A stretch of 31,736 nucleotides of DNA from a virus (Duplodnaviria; Caudoviricetes): the IMG/VR virus record IMGVR_UViG_3300020045_004363, positions 1 through 31,736 of that record. The stretch is one strand, 5' to 3'. The notes below the pieces were generated by a model that was not told the origin of the DNA, made no database searches, and was given only the letters and a program-made list of their open reading frames with translations. Shown in pieces: positions 1 through 6,856 of this stretch (position 1 is the first letter of the stretch; each line of letters begins with the position of its first letter). The position numbers were made by a program, and so were the translations under genes.

Positions 1-1
1 A

Positions 2-427
2 ACTGACAAAGATGCGAAAGTAGAAGTAAGTGGCGTAATTTTGTCTGGAGATTTCAGTAAAATAGATTCATAAGGTGATTATAGTAACGTTGCTTCGTAG
101 GGAGATTCCAGTCGCGCAGCTTCGTCAGGTGATTCCAGTAGCGCAGCTTCGTCGGGTTATTCCAGTCGCGCAGCTTCGTCAGGTGATTACAGTAGCGCAG
201 CTTCGTCAGGTGATTACAGTAGCGCAGCGTGTGACACCAAAGGATTTGCTTGTATAGCTGGATTAGGTGGAAAAGTTAAAGGTAATAAAGGTTCTGCATT
301 ATCTCTAGGCTACAAAGATGAAAAAGGCAGATTAAGAATAGCAGTTGCTTATGTTGGAGAAAAAGGGATTAAAGAAGATACATGGTATAAAATAAACAAT
401 AAAGGCAAGTTTATGGAGGTTAAATAA
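2..427 (+). pseudogene. Phage repeat protein (GDxSxAASS repeats, C-terminus ...VGEKGIKEDTWYKI), 5'-truncated by the window, with two in-frame stops
   Basis: Frame 2 reads TDKDAKVEVSGVILSGDFSKIDS*GDYSNVAS*GDSSRAASSGD...AYVGEKGIKEDTWYKINNKGKFMEVK*. Stops are TAA 71-73 and TAG 98-100. The C-terminus resembles a common phage (DUF7666-associated) protein end. Confidence 0.75.
47..229 (+). repeat. 27-bp (9-codon) coding tandem repeat, about 7 units
   Basis: Unit GGTGATT(A/C)CAGTAGCGCAGCTTCGTCA repeated head-to-tail; the first two units are degenerate. Confidence 0.9.
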
Positions 428-507
428 TGCGCTCACTACTCATCACAATAGCTTTCGGCGCACTTTTTGGTTATTCGATTATGTGTCTTATTAGTGGAGG
501 GTTTTAG
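427..507 (+). CDS. Small hydrophobic peptide (26 aa, MRSLLITIAFGALFGYSIMCLISGGF)
   Basis: GGAGG RBS upstream, TAATG stop/start overlap with the previous gene, one TM-like segment. Not in the ORF track. Confidence 0.55.
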   Translation: MRSLLITIAFGALFGYSIMCLISGGF

Positions 508-572
508 TATGATCCCTCCCAGTAAAACTGGACACCCTAAAAACAAAGTAAACTGACTTTAGAGGTGAAACC

Positions 573-866
573 ATGAATAACCAAGTACCCAAACAGAAGA
601 ACAAAAGGCATAGCGATGAGTTCAAGCATGAGGCACTCAAGCTGGCTGATCGGATAGGTGTTGCCGAAGCGGCAGAGAAGCTGGGCATCTACCGTAGCCA
701 AATCTATAACTGGCGGAGCTCACTTAACAAGAACCGTCCCAGTGGTGAAAGAGAGTCCATTTTAGCGACCGAAAATGCCCGTTTGAAACGGCAGTTAGCC
801 GAGCAAGCGGAGGAGCTCGAAATCTTAAAAAAGGCGGCTACCTACTTCGCGAAGCTTCAAAAATAA
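573..866 (+). CDS. IS3 transposase OrfA (HTH + leucine zipper)
   Basis: Motifs SDEFKHEALKL...AAEKLGI...IYNWR and ENARLKRQL...EELEILKKAATYFAK. Confidence 0.95.
   Translation: MNNQVPKQKNKRHSDEFKHEALKLADRIGVAEAAEKLGIYRSQIYNWRSSLNKNRPSGERESILATENARLKRQLAEQAEELEILKKAATYFAKLQK
827..833 (+). promoter_or_regulatory. Programmed -1 ribosomal frameshift site A AAA AAG
   Basis: Slippery heptamer in the orfA frame with SD-like GGAGGA at 809-814. The -1 frame is open from 830 into orfB. Confidence 0.85.
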
Positions 867-880
867 AGCGTTACAACTTT

Positions 881-1732
881 ATGCTCGTGCATTGCGCGGT
901 ATTCTGCATTAGCAGGATGGCGTGTGTGCTTCGAGTATCGCGAAGTGGGTATTACCACTGGTTAAGTAATCTACCGAAGATAAAGGTGCGTGAGCAACAG
1001 CGGCAAGCCATTGATGAGGTGGTTAAGAAAGCGTTTGTGAATAGCAAAGGTCGTGATGGCGCTGAGCGAATTTTTTATCAACTGGAAGAACAAGGTGATC
1101 AATTGAACATCAAAACCATACGAAACAGCATGAAAAGACAAGGGTTGGTGCCGAAAGCCGCTAAATTATTTAAGGTGACTACTGACAGTAATCACACGCA
1201 ACCGATTGCACCGAATTTGTTGGAAAGAGATTTTTTTGCTAACCAACCCAATCAAAAATGGGTCAGTGATATCACCTATCTTCAAACGACTGAAGGTTGG
1301 TTATATTTGGCTATGATGATTGATTTGTATTCGCGGAAAGTAGTGGGTTGGTCAATGGGTGAAGCGATTGATGCAAAATTAGTGTGTGATGCATTAACCA
1401 TGGCGTTGTGGTGTCGGAAGTTTCCCACCCATGTCATTGTTCACAGTGATCGTGGCAGTCAGTACGCTTCTCATGCGTTTAGAAACTTGATTGAAAAACA
1501 CTCACTCAAACAAAGCATGAGTCGCAAAGGTGATTGCTGGGACAATGCTTGTGCTGAAAGTTTTTTTCATTCGTTAAAAGTCGAATTAATTATGGGCGAG
1601 CCATTAAAAAATCGCGCACAAACACGAGAAGCTATTTTTGAATATATTGAGGTAGACTACAATCGCTATCGCCGACACAGTGCGAATGGATTTGTCAGCC
1701 CAGATTGTTTCGAGGCTACATTTGTGAGTTAA
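881..1732 (+). CDS. IS3 transposase OrfB (DDE integrase core), expressed as an OrfAB fusion
   Basis: WVSDITY, HSDRGSQY and GDCWDNACAESFFHSLKVE motifs. Confidence 0.97.
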   Translation: MLVHCAVFCISRMACVLRVSRSGYYHWLSNLPKIKVREQQRQAIDEVVKKAFVNSKGRDGAERIFYQLEEQGDQLNIKTIRNSMKRQGLVPKAAKLFKVTTDSNHTQPIAPNLLERDFFANQPNQKWVSDITYLQTTEGWLYLAMMIDLYSRKVVGWSMGEAIDAKLVCDALTMALWCRKFPTHVIVHSDRGSQYASHAFRNLIEKHSLKQSMSRKGDCWDNACAESFFHSLKVELIMGEPLKNRAQTREAIFEYIEVDYNRYRRHSANGFVSPDCFEATFVS

Positions 1733-1761
1733 TGAACTGTCCAGTTTTGATGGTAGGGATC

Positions 1762-1971
1762 ATGGGTAAGAAATGTTTACATCGAGATACCAAGGTAGTT
1801 GATTCTAGGTCAACTGTGAAAGTAAAAGAATTAGTGCCTTTATATATTAGAAGATTCGGTAAAACTGCGGTTTTTAGACGCAGAGAATGTAAATTCTGCG
1901 GTCTTAAATTCCCAACAGTTGAATTATCTTTTGACGATATGAAAGAGTTGATAGCGGTTAATACGCCATGA
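1762..1971 (+). CDS. NrdR-like zinc-ribbon protein lacking the ATP cone
   Basis: MGKKCLHRDTKVVDSR...RRRECKFCGLKFPTVE. The likely start is ATG 1762; its original GGAGG RBS is on the far side of the IS. Confidence 0.75.
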   Translation: MGKKCLHRDTKVVDSRSTVKVKELVPLYIRRFGKTAVFRRRECKFCGLKFPTVELSFDDMKELIAVNTP

Positions 1972-2162
1972 CCTATTTTAATAATGGTCGAGCAGACCCT
2001 TGGAGTGGTAATTATTTGATGAAAGAGCGTGAAAAGGCTTGTTTTTATCATGCTCCGTTTGTCATTTTAAACCGGCGATTTTGTGAAAGCTGTCAAAAGT
2101 TTAAGCCTAGACGCGGGTTAGCTTTTAAGGGTTGGAAGTGTGATGATTGCATGGGGGTATAA
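1968..2162 (+). CDS. Hypothetical zinc-binding phage protein
   Basis: ATGA overlap with the upstream gene; two CxxC pairs. Confidence 0.6.
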   Translation: MTYFNNGRADPWSGNYLMKEREKACFYHAPFVILNRRFCESCQKFKPRRGLAFKGWKCDDCMGV

Positions 2163-2448
2163 CGTGGATACAAAAAAATGTAGACGGTGTAAGGTTCCTA
2201 AACTGCATTTTGATTTTGGGTTAGATGGGCGTGTTAATGGTGGCCGTCGAACAATCTGCAGAGAGTGTATTAACAAGCAGACAAAAAAACGAAAGGAAGC
2301 CACCCCCAAAAAAACAGCAGCAGCAGGATCATTTTTTTTAATTGATTTTGATTGTGCCCCACATAATCAGTTAATAAAAAAATGGAAGGGTTATAAGGCT
2401 TATCCGTGCGTTTGTTTATTACCAATTAATAAGATAATCAACTATTGA
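2140..2448 (+). CDS. Hypothetical zinc-finger phage protein
   Basis: KKCRRCK...ICRECIN motifs; the start may be GTG 2164. Confidence 0.55.
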   Translation: MMIAWGYNVDTKKCRRCKVPKLHFDFGLDGRVNGGRRTICRECINKQTKKRKEATPKKTAAAGSFFLIDFDCAPHNQLIKKWKGYKAYPCVCLLPINKIINY

Positions 2449-2460
2449 AGGAGTAATATC

Positions 2461-2667
2461 ATGGGGAAAATGGAAAGCATTGAAAGCATGGGAAGCATGG
2501 GAAGCATGGAAATACATGAATGCTGTCAATTAGGATGTCTGCATGGTTATTATGCTGCATGGGAGATGAATGGAAAACGCTGGCAAACCCGTATCTATCA
2601 AAACTCGGCTTTAGCTATGAAGGCGTATGATGACAAAATTAACACTGTTGGCAATACTGACACATAA
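2461..2667 (+). CDS. Hypothetical phage protein with a short 9-bp repeat (GGAAGCATG)
   Basis: AAGGAG RBS; co-directional with the array. Confidence 0.6.
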   Translation: MGKMESIESMGSMGSMEIHECCQLGCLHGYYAAWEMNGKRWQTRIYQNSALAMKAYDDKINTVGNTDT

Positions 2668-2881
2668 GGGGATAATAGGAAACATGGGAGATTTTCTAAC
2701 AATGATTGAAGGCATTAATTATAACGGTGTATATGTATCACTGACTAAGAGATATTTAATTGCTAGAGCGCGTATTGAAATTATTGCAAAAAAAGCCGGA
2801 TTAACTAACTATAAATGGTCACATCTTATTTTAAGCGATGATAAAAACGAATTTATTAGGGGAGGTACTCACGATGCTTGA
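2627..2881 (+). CDS. Hypothetical phage protein
   Basis: ORF track; overlapping, coupled gene array. Confidence 0.5.
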   Translation: MMTKLTLLAILTHKGIIGNMGDFLTMIEGINYNGVYVSLTKRYLIARARIEIIAKKAGLTNYKWSHLILSDDKNEFIRGGTHDA

Positions 2882-3095
2882 TAGCGACTATGTAAAAAAG
2901 GCCATTACCGCAGTGATTGACGATAGGAATATCGAACGTATTGCTAAAATGAACGGAATTTATGTAGAGGGTGATAAGTTAAATACATTTACCGATGGAA
3001 TTATGGCAGGGGTATTTGCTATGGCAAATGCTCTGGGAGTTGATAGTGAACAGATTATTAAATTAATCACAGGAGATGAACATGAAAAGCACTAA
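2838..3095 (+). CDS. Hypothetical phage protein
   Basis: A GGAGG RBS suggests the true start is ATG 2874. Confidence 0.6.
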   Translation: MIKTNLLGEVLTMLDSDYVKKAITAVIDDRNIERIAKMNGIYVEGDKLNTFTDGIMAGVFAMANALGVDSEQIIKLITGDEHEKH

Positions 3096-3390
3096 CGAAT
3101 CACGATTTCTAAAAACTGGTAACAGCATGGTTGGTGATGAAGATTCTGAAGATTTCCCAACATTAGAGCTTACAGAAGAAGGTAAAACAGGTTTGAGATG
3201 TGATCTTGCGTTTCATTTAACACACGAGCAAGTAGAAGAGTTTGATGGTATCGAGAACGCAGCAATTTATTTTGAAAGCCATATGGAGCACGATGATAGT
3301 GGATTGTTTGTAACTTTAACAAATCATCAAACACGCTGCGGAGAAAAAGTAAATTTATATTATTGTGATGGTGAGGTTCAAGAAGCATGA
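3076..3390 (+). CDS. Hypothetical acidic phage protein
   Basis: AGGAG RBS; coupled to its neighbours. Confidence 0.6.
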   Translation: MNMKSTNESRFLKTGNSMVGDEDSEDFPTLELTEEGKTGLRCDLAFHLTHEQVEEFDGIENAAIYFESHMEHDDSGLFVTLTNHQTRCGEKVNLYYCDGEVQEA

Positions 3391-3815
3391 AATACCAAGA
3401 AAGTGATTTTGATACGCTTTTTAAACGAGTTAGTGAGCTAGACACTAAAGTTACAGCTATGTCTGACTATTTAGATAGCTTCCCAGATTTAGATTATCTA
3501 CAAAAACAGTTAGATGCTATGCCTGATTTTATTAATAGAGCACCTATTATAGAAGTTCATCCTGATTTAAAAAAAATTGACAGATTAAGAGCGGCAATCA
3601 TCGAATTATATTATTCTGGTGGCTGTAGAGAAGTATTTAGCACTCAACTACTTAAAGGCATTATGAAAACTACTTGTTATAACAATATGTTATATAAATT
3701 GGTTGGATCAGGTGAAATTATAAAATTGGAAAGTCGTACTTATCAGATTACAGATAAATTTAAAGAATTGTACTTAATAGGAGAAAGAAATGAAAATGAC
3801 CAAAGAGCAGTTTGA
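3387..3815 (+). CDS. Hypothetical protein: N-terminal coiled coil, possible C-terminal winged helix
   Basis: ATGA overlap; LYKLVGSGEIIKLESRTYQIT resembles the end of a wHTH. Confidence 0.55.
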   Translation: MKYQESDFDTLFKRVSELDTKVTAMSDYLDSFPDLDYLQKQLDAMPDFINRAPIIEVHPDLKKIDRLRAAIIELYYSGGCREVFSTQLLKGIMKTTCYNNMLYKLVGSGEIIKLESRTYQITDKFKELYLIGERNENDQRAV

Positions 3816-3867
3816 ATTATTATCTAGGGCGATTGTAAACGCGATGTTAAAAGCAAGAGAGGAATGA
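3790..3867 (+). CDS. Mini-ORF (25 aa) ending AMLKAREE, the same C-terminus as 5342-5614
   Basis: AGGAG RBS; shares a 42-bp repeat with the 5342 gene end. Confidence 0.45.
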   Translation: MKMTKEQFELLSRAIVNAMLKAREE

Positions 3868-3880
3868 TATGAGTGAATTA
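3839..3880 (+). repeat. 42-bp exact direct repeat, copy 1 (copy 2 at 5586-5627)
   Basis: ACGCGATGTTAAAAGCAAGAGAGGAATGATATGAGTGAATTA spans a gene end, RBS and the next start. Confidence 0.95.
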
Positions 3881-4618
3881 GTAGAAGTTACTACACAAGA
3901 AGAATGCGATAGGGAAGCCGCAAAAGGTAATACGGTAATTGTGCTGGCTGGTTTTTTTATAGTTCGCGATTCATCACAAGTGAGGGCTTACGGTTCATCA
4001 CAAGTGACGGCCTGCTGTTCATCACAAGTGAGTGCTTACGATTCATCACAAGTGAGGGCTTACGATTCATCACAAGTGACGGCCTACGGTTCATCACAAG
4101 TGACGGCCTACGGTTCATCACAAGTGAGGGCTTGCGGAAACGTCTTTATCCGTCTTTACTCGGCTTTAAGTATTAAAGCATCGTCATCCGTTATCATACA
4201 TATTTTAGGTAAATGCAAGTCAATCAAAGGCGGCATACAGATTAAATCTAAAAAGATAAAAACTATTGATGACTGGTGCGATTTTTACGGAGCAAAAAAA
4301 GTAAAAGATTGTGTGATTTTATATAAAGCAGTTGATGATAATTATATGTCGATGTATGGAACTTGTTATAAACCAAAAACAAAACCAGAGGCGTTAGATT
4401 GGGATGGTGGTAAGCAGGCATGTGGGAAAGGTTTACATTTTTCAGCATCACCTAGAGAAGCTAGAGAGTTTTTTAGGGGGGCAACAAAGTTTGTAGCGTG
4501 TCCGATTAAAAAGAGTGAGATAGCAATTCACCCAAACTGTGACTCTCCGGAAAAAGTAAAAGCGAGAGCTGTATCAAAACCATGTTATGAAGTAGATATT
4601 GATGGGGTGAGGATATGA
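3869..4618 (+). CDS. Phage repeat protein (8-aa SSQVxAY repeats plus a DUF7666-like C-terminal domain)
   Basis: Seven SSQV units; LYKAVDD...CGKGLHFS...P...KVKAR motif. Confidence 0.75.
   Translation: MSELVEVTTQEECDREAAKGNTVIVLAGFFIVRDSSQVRAYGSSQVTACCSSQVSAYDSSQVRAYDSSQVTAYGSSQVTAYGSSQVRACGNVFIRLYSALSIKASSSVIIHILGKCKSIKGGIQIKSKKIKTIDDWCDFYGAKKVKDCVILYKAVDDNYMSMYGTCYKPKTKPEALDWDGGKQACGKGLHFSASPREAREFFRGATKFVACPIKKSEIAIHPNCDSPEKVKARAVSKPCYEVDIDGVRI
3968..4135 (+). repeat. 24-bp coding tandem repeat, 7 units
   Basis: Core TTCATCACAAGTGA repeated every 24 bp. Confidence 0.92.
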
Positions 4619-5013
4619 GCGAATTATTGCCTTGTCCGTTTTGTGGTGAGAAACCTGTACACATACAACCAGAAAATGCAGATCACTGTGATTATATCCG
4701 TTGCGATAAGTGCGGTTTTGATATGGAAGGTGAATATACATGGGATGGAATATTAAAAACAACGTGTAAAACTTTGTGGAACACACGCGCAGACGTTTGG
4801 TTGCCGATTGAGAGTGCGCCGAAGGCTGAAAGTATTTTGATATTTGACGATAGCGAGAAACGGCAGTTTGTTGGATACGTTGATGATGTGGGTGATGTGT
4901 GGGCTGATATACACGGCGAAGATGATACTATTTGTTGTGTCCCTACCCACTGGATGCCCTTACCAAAACCGCCAAGAGAGATATTTTGTAAGCGCATAGA
5001 GCGCAAGGAGTGA
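4615..5013 (+). CDS. Lar-family (restriction alleviation) zinc domain fused to a DUF551-like domain
   Basis: ELLPCPFCG...CDKCG...WNTRA followed by WLPIESAPK...PTHWMPLPKPP. Confidence 0.8.
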   Translation: MSELLPCPFCGEKPVHIQPENADHCDYIRCDKCGFDMEGEYTWDGILKTTCKTLWNTRADVWLPIESAPKAESILIFDDSEKRQFVGYVDDVGDVWADIHGEDDTICCVPTHWMPLPKPPREIFCKRIERKE

Positions 5014-5210
5014 TTATGAAAGAAGAATCAATAACAGTTTCTATTTGTAAATGTACACGTGTTGTATTTGCCGCAGTTTCTTATAGATTAGATGAAGATG
5101 ATGTTAAGTTGCTTGGACAAATGGCTGTAGATGGATATTCAATTTTAACAATTACTCGATCCGAATACGATAAATTAAAATTCGGTTGCAAATGCACAAC
5201 AGGAGATTAA
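5010..5210 (+). CDS. Hypothetical phage protein
   Basis: AAGGAG RBS; the start is probably ATG 5016. Confidence 0.6.
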   Translation: MIMKEESITVSICKCTRVVFAAVSYRLDEDDVKLLGQMAVDGYSILTITRSEYDKLKFGCKCTTGD

Positions 5211-5341
5211 GTGATGGATAACACCGCCACCAATTAGTAGATAGTTTATACGCATGGTGACTTGTTAATGCCCTTGAAAGCCGCATAGATATTGCATTTT
5301 ATGCGCGAGTCACCAGCCGCATAAATTAACAGGAGGATGAT

Positions 5342-5614
5342 ATGGATAAAAATATGCCAGCGTTTCCAAGCGCAAATGATGTAATGATAGACGAACAAAC
5401 AGGCACTAGTGGTCATGCGGGAATGACTTTAAGAGATTATTTTGCTATTCGTGCGCCTATACTTGATGAGCAAGTAGAAACTGAGCGGGCGCAAGACAGA
5501 TATAAAAATCCACATAATGAATCTCACAAACCAAAAATCAGAAGCGAGTTGGAAATACGCGCATCATTATCGTACAAATACGCAGACGCGATGTTAAAAG
5601 CAAGAGAGGAATGA
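5342..5614 (+). CDS. Conserved phage hypothetical protein (PAFP...GMTLRDYFA...Y.YADAMLKAR family)
   Basis: Characteristic motifs; AGGAGG RBS. Confidence 0.8.
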   Translation: MDKNMPAFPSANDVMIDEQTGTSGHAGMTLRDYFAIRAPILDEQVETERAQDRYKNPHNESHKPKIRSELEIRASLSYKYADAMLKAREE

Positions 5615-5627
5615 TATGAGTGAATTA
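5586..5627 (+). repeat. 42-bp exact direct repeat, copy 2
   Basis: Identical to 3839-3880. Confidence 0.95.
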
Positions 5628-6059
5628 AAACCTTGTCCGTGCGGTAAAAATAAATTATTCGCAGGTAGCTTTGATGAAATTATACCGGTTAAAGACGAAT
5701 GGAGTGGTGGATTTGGTGTAGCTTGCTCAATTAAATATGGTGGGTGCGGGATTAATACTGGTTGTTTTGATACGCTGGAAGAAGCAATTAAAAAATGGAA
5801 CACCCGGGCAGACGATTTGTTGCCGATTGAGAGTGCGCCGAAGGATGGTACTGAAATTCTTGGGTATAGAGTAGAGCAGACGATTGTCAAATACTACCCG
5901 AAAGGAAGCATGTGTTCAGCGTGCGCCCATGTTTTTGATGATTGCTCACATTTGGATTTTTCAAAGATGCGAGTTTTGTATTCGGCAAGAAATGGTAAAA
6001 ACGGTAGAGATATTGTGAACCAAGTTAAGTGTACTAATTTTGAGCGCAAAGGAGATTAA
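5616..6059 (+). CDS. Second Lar-family protein with a chimeric C-terminus
   Basis: ELKPCPCG...EEAIKKWNTRA, then PIESAPKDGTEIL, then an unrelated YYPKGSMCSAC...C domain. Confidence 0.75.
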   Translation: MSELKPCPCGKNKLFAGSFDEIIPVKDEWSGGFGVACSIKYGGCGINTGCFDTLEEAIKKWNTRADDLLPIESAPKDGTEILGYRVEQTIVKYYPKGSMCSACAHVFDDCSHLDFSKMRVLYSARNGKNGRDIVNQVKCTNFERKGD

Positions 6060-6091
6060 GTGATGTATAAATTAGAGCGCAGGGGGTGATT

Positions 6092-6265
6092 ATGGAACAA
6101 TTTAATACATTACCATGTTTTGAAAAAAACGGTACAAATACGTTTACTACAAAATGGTGTCAACTTGGTAATAAGTATGTTCATGTTGAGATTAAAGAAA
6201 CAGAATCGTTAATTGAAATATATGTAGATGGTTGTATTGTTTATAACAAGCATAAAGGAGCTTAA
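6092..6265 (+). CDS. Hypothetical protein (57 aa)
   Basis: Translated by hand (MEQFNTLPCF...HKGA); GGGGGT RBS. Below the ORF track cutoff. Confidence 0.55.
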   Translation: MEQFNTLPCFEKNGTNTFTTKWCQLGNKYVHVEIKETESLIEIYVDGCIVYNKHKGA

Positions 6266-6526
6266 GTGATGGATAGCAGAGAGGCGTTTGAAATATCCCA
6301 CAAAAAAATAAATAGAGTTATTGCACATGATTATTATACCATTTTGGAAGATGGCAAATATCAACATATTACTTGTGAGGCTGATTGGGAATTATGGCAA
6401 GCCGCAATCGAATATCAGAAAGAAAAGGATGCGGAAATTTGTGCGAATATTGCATCAGAATGTATTGATAGTGAACATAAAAAGGTTGCTATTGAATGTG
6501 AAGAAGTAATCAGAGAGCAGGAGTAA
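6266..6526 (+). CDS. Hypothetical phage protein
   Basis: SREAFE...WELWQAA...CANIA motifs typical of phage early proteins. Confidence 0.7.
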   Translation: MMDSREAFEISHKKINRVIAHDYYTILEDGKYQHITCEADWELWQAAIEYQKEKDAEICANIASECIDSEHKKVAIECEEVIREQE

Positions 6527-6528
6527 AT

Positions 6529-6687
6529 ATGACCAACTTCTTTAAAATGCTATTCGGGTTTATTTGTTATCTGATAATTATTTATTTAGTACCGGCGCAG
6601 TATTTAAAATGTAAACCGATATTTTGGATGTACGGATGGGCTGGACATTATGCGTATGGGAATTGGATGATTGAAAATGATGACTAG
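6529..6687 (+). CDS. Small hydrophobic protein (52 aa)
   Basis: AGGAG RBS; translated by hand as MTNFFKMLFGFICYLIIIYLV... Confidence 0.5.
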   Translation: MTNFFKMLFGFICYLIIIYLVPAQYLKCKPIFWMYGWAGHYAYGNWMIENDD

Positions 6688-6856
6688 TAAATACCAAAAG
6701 TTATTCAACCACATGATTGACGAGCACGGACTGACGTTATTAGAGAATGAGTTGCAGTCTATCGAATCAATCTGTATTGAAAATAAAAAGAAAGAGGCTA
6801 AACGTAAAGGTTATGATAAAAGTCCGTTCAACTCTCAACATCATCCCAATGAGTAA
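6671..6856 (+). CDS. Hypothetical protein; 3' end overlaps the convergent primase gene by 29 bp
   Basis: ORF track; last gene of the + strand array. Confidence 0.5.
   Translation: MKMMTSKYQKLFNHMIDEHGLTLLENELQSIESICIENKKKEAKRKGYDKSPFNSQHHPNE

Larger units (their letters stand above)
510..1762 (+). mobile_element. IS3-family insertion sequence, 1253 bp
   Basis: TG...CA ends; 25-bp terminal inverted repeats with 3 mismatches (TGATCCCTCCCAGTAAAACTGGACA vs TGATCCCTACCATCAAAACTGGACA); orfA/orfB organisation. Confidence 0.97.

Noticed and set aside
47-229. Possible CRISPR array (also considered for 3968-4135)
   Set aside because: Units are head-to-tail with no unique spacers, are multiples of 3 and encode protein repeats; no cas genes.
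75-257. ORF-track 60-aa protein (VAQLRQVI repeats)
   Set aside because: Off-frame shadow of the repeat; frame 2 gives the recognisable phage protein.
1705-1761. N-terminal extension of the NrdR-like ORF
   Set aside because: It lies inside the IS end; the native start is ATG 1762.
3839-5844. Diversity-generating retroelement TR/VR pair
   Set aside because: Repeats are short, mismatches are not adenine-specific and no RT is present.
6828-6856. Second inversion breakpoint at the convergent overlap
   Set aside because: Both genes have plausible natural ends and no split gene is evident.
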